From positions 1-52,768 of the forward strand of contig JAUCBJ010005791.1 in the NCBI GenBank assembly GCA_032718475.1: 52,768 nucleotides of DNA. The letters run 5' to 3'. A program made the translations under genes and the position numbers. The notes under the pieces were generated by a model. It searched no databases. It was not told the origin of the DNA and saw nothing but the letters and a program-made list of their open reading frames with translations. Below, in pieces: positions 46,701 to 52,768 of the stretch (position 1 is its first letter; each line of letters opens with the position of its first letter). The stretch comes from Nemertoderma westbladi (lineage: Eukaryota > Animalia > Xenacoelomorpha).

Positions 46701-49210
46701 CAGTCACTGTTTGCTATTCTTACTAACTTGATTCTTTAAGTATGTGTGTGCCCCAGTCACTGTTTGCTATTCTTACTAACTTGATTCTTTAAGTATGTGT
46801 GTGCCCCAGTCACTGTTTGCTATTCTTACTAACTTGATTCTTTAAGTATGTGTGTGCCCCAGTCACTGTTTGCTATTCTTACTAACTTGATTCTTTAAGT
46901 ATGTGTGTGCCCCAGTCACTGTTTGCTATTCTTACTAACTTGATTCTTTAAGTATGTGTGTGCCCCAGTCACTGTTTGCTATTCTTACTAACTTGATTCT
47001 TTAAGTATGTGTGTGCCCCAGTCACTGTTTGCTATTCTTACTAACTTGATTCTTTAAGTATGTGTGTGCCCCAGTCACTGTTTGCTATTCTTACTAACTT
47101 GATTCTTTAAGTATGTGTGTGCCCCAGTCACTGTTTGCTATTCTTACTAACTTGATTCTTTAAGTATGTGTGTGCCCCAGTCACTGTTTGCTATTCTTAC
47201 TAACTTGATTCTTTAAGTATGTGTGTGCCCCAGTCACTGTTTGCTATTCTTACTAACTTGATTCTTTAAGTATGTGTGTGCCCCAGTCACTGTTTGCTAT
47301 TCTTACTAACTTGATTCTTTAAGTATGTGTGTGCCCCAGTCACTGTTTGCTATTCTTACTAACTTGATTCTTTAAGTATGTGTGTGCCCCAGTCACTGTT
47401 TGCTATTCTTACTAACTTGATTCTTTAAGTATGTGTGTGCCCCAGTCACTGTTTGCTATTCTTACTAACTTGATTCTTTAAGTATGTGTGTGCCCCAGTC
47501 ACTGTTTGCTATTCTTACTAACTTGATTCTTTAAGTATGTGTGTGCCCCAGTCACTGTTTGCTATTCTTACTAACTTGATTCTTTAAGTATGTGTGTGCC
47601 CCAGTCACTGTTTGCTATTCTTACTAACTTGATTCTTTAAGTATGTGTGTGCCCCAGTCACTGTTTGCTATTCTTACTAACTTGATTCTTTAAGTATGTG
47701 TGTGCCCCAGTCACTGTTTGCTATTCTTACTAACTTGATTCTTTAAGTATGTGTGTGCCCCAGTCACTGTTTGCTATTCTTACTAACTTGATTCTTTAAG
47801 TATGTGTGTGCCCCAGTCACTGTTTGCTATTCTTACTAACTTGATTCTTTAAGTATGTGTGTGCCCCAGTCACTGTTTGCTATTCTTACTAACTTGATTC
47901 TTTAAGTATGTGTGTGCCCCAGTCACTGTTTGCTATTCTTACTAACTTGATTCTTTAAGTATGTGTGTGCCCCAGTCACTGTTTGCTATTCTTACTAACT
48001 TGATTCTTTAAGTATGTGTGTGCCCCAGTCACTGTTTGCTATTCTTACTAACTTGATTCTTTAAGTATGTGTGTGCCCCAGTCACTGTTTGCTATTCTTA
48101 CTAACTTGATTCTTTAAGTATGTGTGTGCCCCAGTCACTGTTTGCTATTCTTACTAACTTGATTCTTTAAGTATGTGTGTGCCCCAGTCACTGTTTGCTA
48201 TTCTTACTAACTTGATTCTTTAAGTATGTGTGTGCCCCAGTCACTGTTTGCTATTCTTACTAACTTGATTCTTTAAGTATGTGTGTGCCCCAGTCACTGT
48301 TTGCTATTCTTACTAACTTGATTCTTTAAGTATGTGTGTGCCCCAGTCACTGTTTGCTATTCTTACTAACTTGATTCTTTAAGTATGTGTGTGCCCCAGT
48401 CACTGTTGCTATTCTTACTAACTTGATTCTTTAAGTATGTGTGTGCCCCAGTCACTGTTTGCTATTCTTACTAACTTGATTCTTTAAGTATGTGTGTGCC
48501 CCAGTCACTGTTTGCTATTCTTACTAACTTGATTCTTTAAGTATGTGTGTGCCCCAGTCACTGTTTGCTATTCTTACTAACTTGATTCTTTATAAGTATG
48601 TGTGTGCCCCAGTCACTGTTTGCTATTCTTACTAACTTGATTCTTTAAGTATGTGTGTGCCCCAGTCACTGTTTGCTATTCTTACTAACTTGATTCTTTA
48701 AGTATGTGTGTGCCCCAGTCACTGTTTGCTATTCTTACTAACTTGATTCTTTAAGTATGTGTGTGCCCCAGTCACTGTTTGCTATTCTTACTAACTTGAT
48801 TCTTTAAGTATGTGTGTGCCCCAGTCACTGTTTGCTATTCTTACTAACTTGATTCTTTAAGTATGTGTGTGCCCCAGTCACTGTTTGCTATTCTTACTAA
48901 CTTGATTCTTTAAGTATGTGTGTGCCCCAGTCACTGTTTGCTATTCTTACTAACTTGATTCTTTAAGTATGTGTGTGCCCCAGTCACTGTTTGCTATTCT
49001 TACTAACTTGATTCTTTAAGTATGTGTGTGCCCCAGTCACTGTTTGCTATTCTTACTAACTTGATTCTTTATAAGTATGTGTGTGCCCCAGTCACTGTTT
49101 GCTATTCTTACTAACTTGATTCTTTAAGTATGTGTGTGCCCCAGTCACTGTTTGCTATTCTTACTAACTTGTTTCTTTAAGTATATGTGTGCCCCAGTCA
49201 CTGTTGCTAT
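43738..49210. repeat. Homogeneous 53-bp satellite, about 103 copies
   Basis: Unit TGTTTGCTATTCTTACTAACTTGATTCTTTAAGTATGTGTGTGCCCCAGTCAC; variants mostly in the first ~1.8 kb and near the right end. Confidence 0.98.
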
Positions 49211-50539
49211 CATTTTATACAAAGGATAAAGCTGACCGTCACTGCACGGTCAGCTTTACCCTCTTACTAACTTGATGAACACAATTAGATGGCTGTTTAG
49301 TGTCCTTTACTCATCATTCCACTTCGTTTATTCAAATTTTTCCCTGTATCTGTTAGTGTTGTTAACGTCAAATTAACAGGATGTGGTAATTTCACTTTCA
49401 CTTTTTTACCAGTTTAGATAATTCCCCGTTACACAACATGTCTTGTTTTATTATTCGAGATAAATCTTCGAAAGTATCACAAGTAGATTCCTCTTTCGAC
49501 TTAAATCGTTATAAATAAGATTACTTAGAAAGCTTAGGGATGGACTGTAAACAACCTTGAATCAATCGTTATCTTAGCATCTAATTCTAAGTGCAATTTA
49601 CTAGGGTTGGATGGGTACCCCGACCCCCTCCTTGTGTGAAATCTTCACAATTTTTATTTAATGAGAATTTCAAATCTTAAAACGGATTTACGAGTTTTTT
49701 TTAGTTGTGGGGTTATCGCTGTCTTTCTGGCTAGCAGTTAGTCTATCAAAATCTACTGTATGAAGACAGACAGACTATATTTTGCTAAACATTACAACTG
49801 ACGTCGGAAATTAAATCACCGACCCCGAAAACCCCCGTAATATAATGACAATAAGTAAGTTTGTGTGCAAACTTAGTGACAAACATTACTAACCGATTGG
49901 CAGACATTAGACAGCCGTAGTTTTGAGGGGGAAGGTTTAAACGTTAAAGGGAATTATCTCGGAAATAAATCCTACTCCTCCGTAATCTTTCACGCTAATT
50001 ATATAATTTATGGTTCGTTTGTTAAAGGATTTTCTTGATTCGAAGGTGTCATTGAGTCCAAAAAGTTGATTTAAAAAAATTGGGATAAATCATGGGACTA
50101 GTAGTGTTTTTAGTGAAATATTTAATAACGCCACTCGTCGCTAGAGGGAGACACAAAATATCAAATTTCCATTTGTATTGCTATTTGGCATCTCCCATCC
50201 CCCCTACCTTAAAGTAATTATTATTATAGAATAATTAGCAAGATAATAATCTTCACTAATCTACCCGGCCATTTACAGTTTGTACCCTGGTTTGTGATGA
50301 AAAAATGGTGGTGGTGTATTGGTTTTTGAAGGTAGTTTAATCGTTTATTTAAGGTAAAGTATACGTAATGATTGGTAATTTTTTATTAGACACGCTTTTG
50401 GTAAATTAATATAAGAAAAACTTACAAGGTTTCACTACTAACGTAATTAACTGATGCAGAACATTAGTCGTCGACTGCCCAGACAGACCTCTTGTCTGGA
50501 TAACAAAGGAACTGCCCTGTGGAATATAACAATAATAAC

Positions 50540-50954
50540 GGGTGAGTACAAAACAATGACCCAAAACCTAAAAACCTTTACAAAACACTAACTTTCAAAC
50601 ACTAACGCTAATTTTCGTTTATTGTTTTGGTTCCCCCAACACACAACTGTAACCATCTCCTTTACTAACCTGCTCCTTTAAATGGCAATTGGAACTGACG
50701 CTCTTTGGGACCTAACGCTCTTTGGGACCTAAAGGTCTTGGGGACCTAACACTCTTTGTGTCCTAACACTACTCTTTGTTTTGTACAGGTCAGAAAGAGC
50801 GTTAGGTCCAATTGCCATTTAAAGGAGTAGGTTAGTAAAGGAGCAGCTTACAGAGGCGTGTTCGGGGACAAAAACAATAAACGAAAGTTAACACATGTTA
50901 CAAGATTATGCAGGTTACTTAATTGGGTCTTTGGTCTTTGCTTTGTACTCACTC
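50540..50954. mobile_element. Mutator-like MITE
   Basis: GGGTGAGTACAAAAC...GCTTTGTACTCACTC termini; AATAATAAC on both flanks; internal inverted repeats. Confidence 0.75.
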
Positions 50955-51414
50955 AAATAATAACTGTCAGAACAATTAGGCACTAATAAACAGTAACAGG
51001 TGTAAGGGTAGCCTATTGATATTGTATACTGAATCTGAAATACTGTGTCACTGACACAGCACTAATATCTGGGGCGAGCCACGAATGTAAACGAGCTTAG
51101 TATAAAGGTACCATTATATCCCACTATATCAACCTCGTGTCTGTCTGTCGGTCGGTCAGTCTAATTCTTTGACCTTGTTTCTCCACTTTCTTAAACTAAA
51201 ACTTAGTAGGACTGATCTATGAAAATAGTTAAGAAAGTTCACATACACAACACACAGACTTCTACAGTTTAAAGTCGGCAGTTAGGGGCCTACATGTCGT
51301 AATATCCTCCCATTACATTGCTTTTAATCCGTTAAAGCTAAGCTAAAACCTGTCAGATATTTACTAGACTACAGCATGCGTCTTTGTGTAAACGGTCCGC
51401 TGTTCTCCAGTCTG

Positions 51415-51991
51415 CTACTATTACTACTACTAGGTCGAGCGAACTCGGACAGTGGAAATGAGATCCTTCCAGGCTTCCTGATTCTCCATAGTTGTCGCAA
51501 TTTCGTTTCTCCCAAGTTCAGTATCCCTTTCAAGTTGATCTATATATGTTATGGCCGGTCGTCCACGACTACGCTTTCCGTGAGTTGGTTGCCAGAGAAT
51601 GTAGATCTGGTATGACCTCGTCTTTACTTCGCCAGCAGTGCCCACTGAATCCTAATCTGCGTTCACGGAGGGTGGTTGATACAGGCGGTATTGTACCATA
51701 AAGCTCGGCGTTTGTCATGTGTTGTCTCCAGCTGATGTTTAGGGCTGCCCTTAGTAGTCTTGTGTAGCAACCATCAATTCGTTGTTCAAGTGATTTAGTC
51801 AGTGTCCAGGTCTCACCCCCGTATAAAAATACACTTTCCACTGTCGCTCGAAAGAACTTGGTCTTCAGGTGCCTGGAGAGATCTGATTTCCAGATGGTAT
51901 CCATTTTTGATAGAGCTACCCAAGCCTTTGCTTTCCTAATTTCTATGTCCTTTTTGCTACTCTCTATCCTTGATCCAAGGTACTGGAAGTC
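51415..51991 (-). mobile_element. 5'-truncated copy of the RTE LINE at 18936
   Basis: Highly similar to about 18940-19508, with the same (TAG)n tail. Confidence 0.95.
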
Positions 51992-52419
51992 GGCTAACTA
52001 GAGGGCGAAATGTCTGAAAGTGTAAACCTTCTCCAATTTTCTGTGATTTTAATCAGTTTAAGCTAAAGCTTTGCATGTACTAGACCACATGCTGCGACTT
52101 GTTGAGGAAGTTGATCATACCGCAGTTATCTTGTTTGCAGCTAAAGGGCTAAATGAATGAAAGTGAGAACCTTCCACCGTTTACTTGATTTACTAGAAAA
52201 TTGGCAGCGTCTTTGTGGGACGCTGGTCCATCTATCTATATTTCTCAAGTTTGCCGCTAGAGGGATAACTAGTTAGTAGCTTTATTAATTCTTAATTGCA
52301 CTCATAGGCGTACGGGACGGGACGGGACGGGGGGGGGGGGGGGGGGGGGGGGGGGTGCATTGCATTTCAAGATTGTCTTCTTCCTGAACAACTTAACAAC
52401 TTGAAGTGGATGCTATTTT

Positions 52420-52720
52420 TCATGCACCTAAGAAGTGGGCGTGGCATATTCAGAAATTGCCCCTAATTTTTTATTTCAACGCATCTTTATAGGTTTTCTG
52501 GGCCGCTGAATCGATTGAAAGTAATATAGAAGCCTGAAGACTTAGATATTAGCCATTTTTGATGTTCCAAAATTAGGGCGTGGCACTTCAAATTTTGAAA
52601 AATGAAATGAAAAATTTTGGTGCACCAAAAATGGCAAAACCACTAAGACTTCAGGCTTCTATATTACTTTCAATCGATTCAGCGCTCCAGAAAACCACTA
52701 AAAATGCTTCGAAATCAAAA
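52420..52720. repeat. Inverted-repeat element, probably running off the window end
   Basis: GCTGAATCGATTGAAAGTAATATAGAAGCCTGAAG (about 52505) is mirrored at about 52648-52683. Confidence 0.7.
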
Positions 52721-52768
52721 CTTTAGTAAAATTTCCGAATAAAGTAATTTTGAAATTTTAAAGTGCCA

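Noticed and set aside
40869-49210. CRISPR array interpretation of the 70-bp and 53-bp arrays
   Set aside because: Units are head-to-tail with no unique spacers, there are no cas genes, and the context is eukaryotic.
49300-52150. Possible minus-strand exons of a downstream gene (for example about 50426-50516 GSSFVIQTRG... and about 49400-49499 SKEESTCDTF...)
   Set aside because: Plausible splice sites, but I could not build a phase-consistent model or recognise a protein, so no call was made.

Overview
AT-rich, repeat-dense eukaryotic genomic DNA, most consistent with an invertebrate animal. The backbone is a 12-exon + strand collagen prolyl 4-hydroxylase alpha subunit gene (CDS 12209..42757, about 558 aa, assembled by hand from phase-compatible GT-AG exons). 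Its introns hold a young Gypsy LTR retrotransposon, a near full-length RTE-type LINE with a nested insertion, several MITEs and SINEs, and an intronless same-strand SRF (MADS-box) gene. Most unusual observations: (1) a tRNA-derived Pol III promoter fused directly to a complete type I hammerhead ribozyme, inside a 413-bp terminally redundant unit (39486..39945, minus strand), a retrozyme or Sm-alpha-like architecture; (2) a 24 x 70-bp array that amplifies the P4HA exon end carrying the catalytic His and Lys together with its splice donor, creating potential in-frame 57-nt cassette exons; (3) a foldback-like inverted-repeat element carrying a promoter and an orphan C2H2/acidic/28-aa-repeat ORF; (4) an approximately 103 x 53-bp satellite whose unit contains TACTAAC, GTATGT and CAG. 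Everything was read by eye. No database searches or folding programs were run, so coordinates may be off by a few bases.
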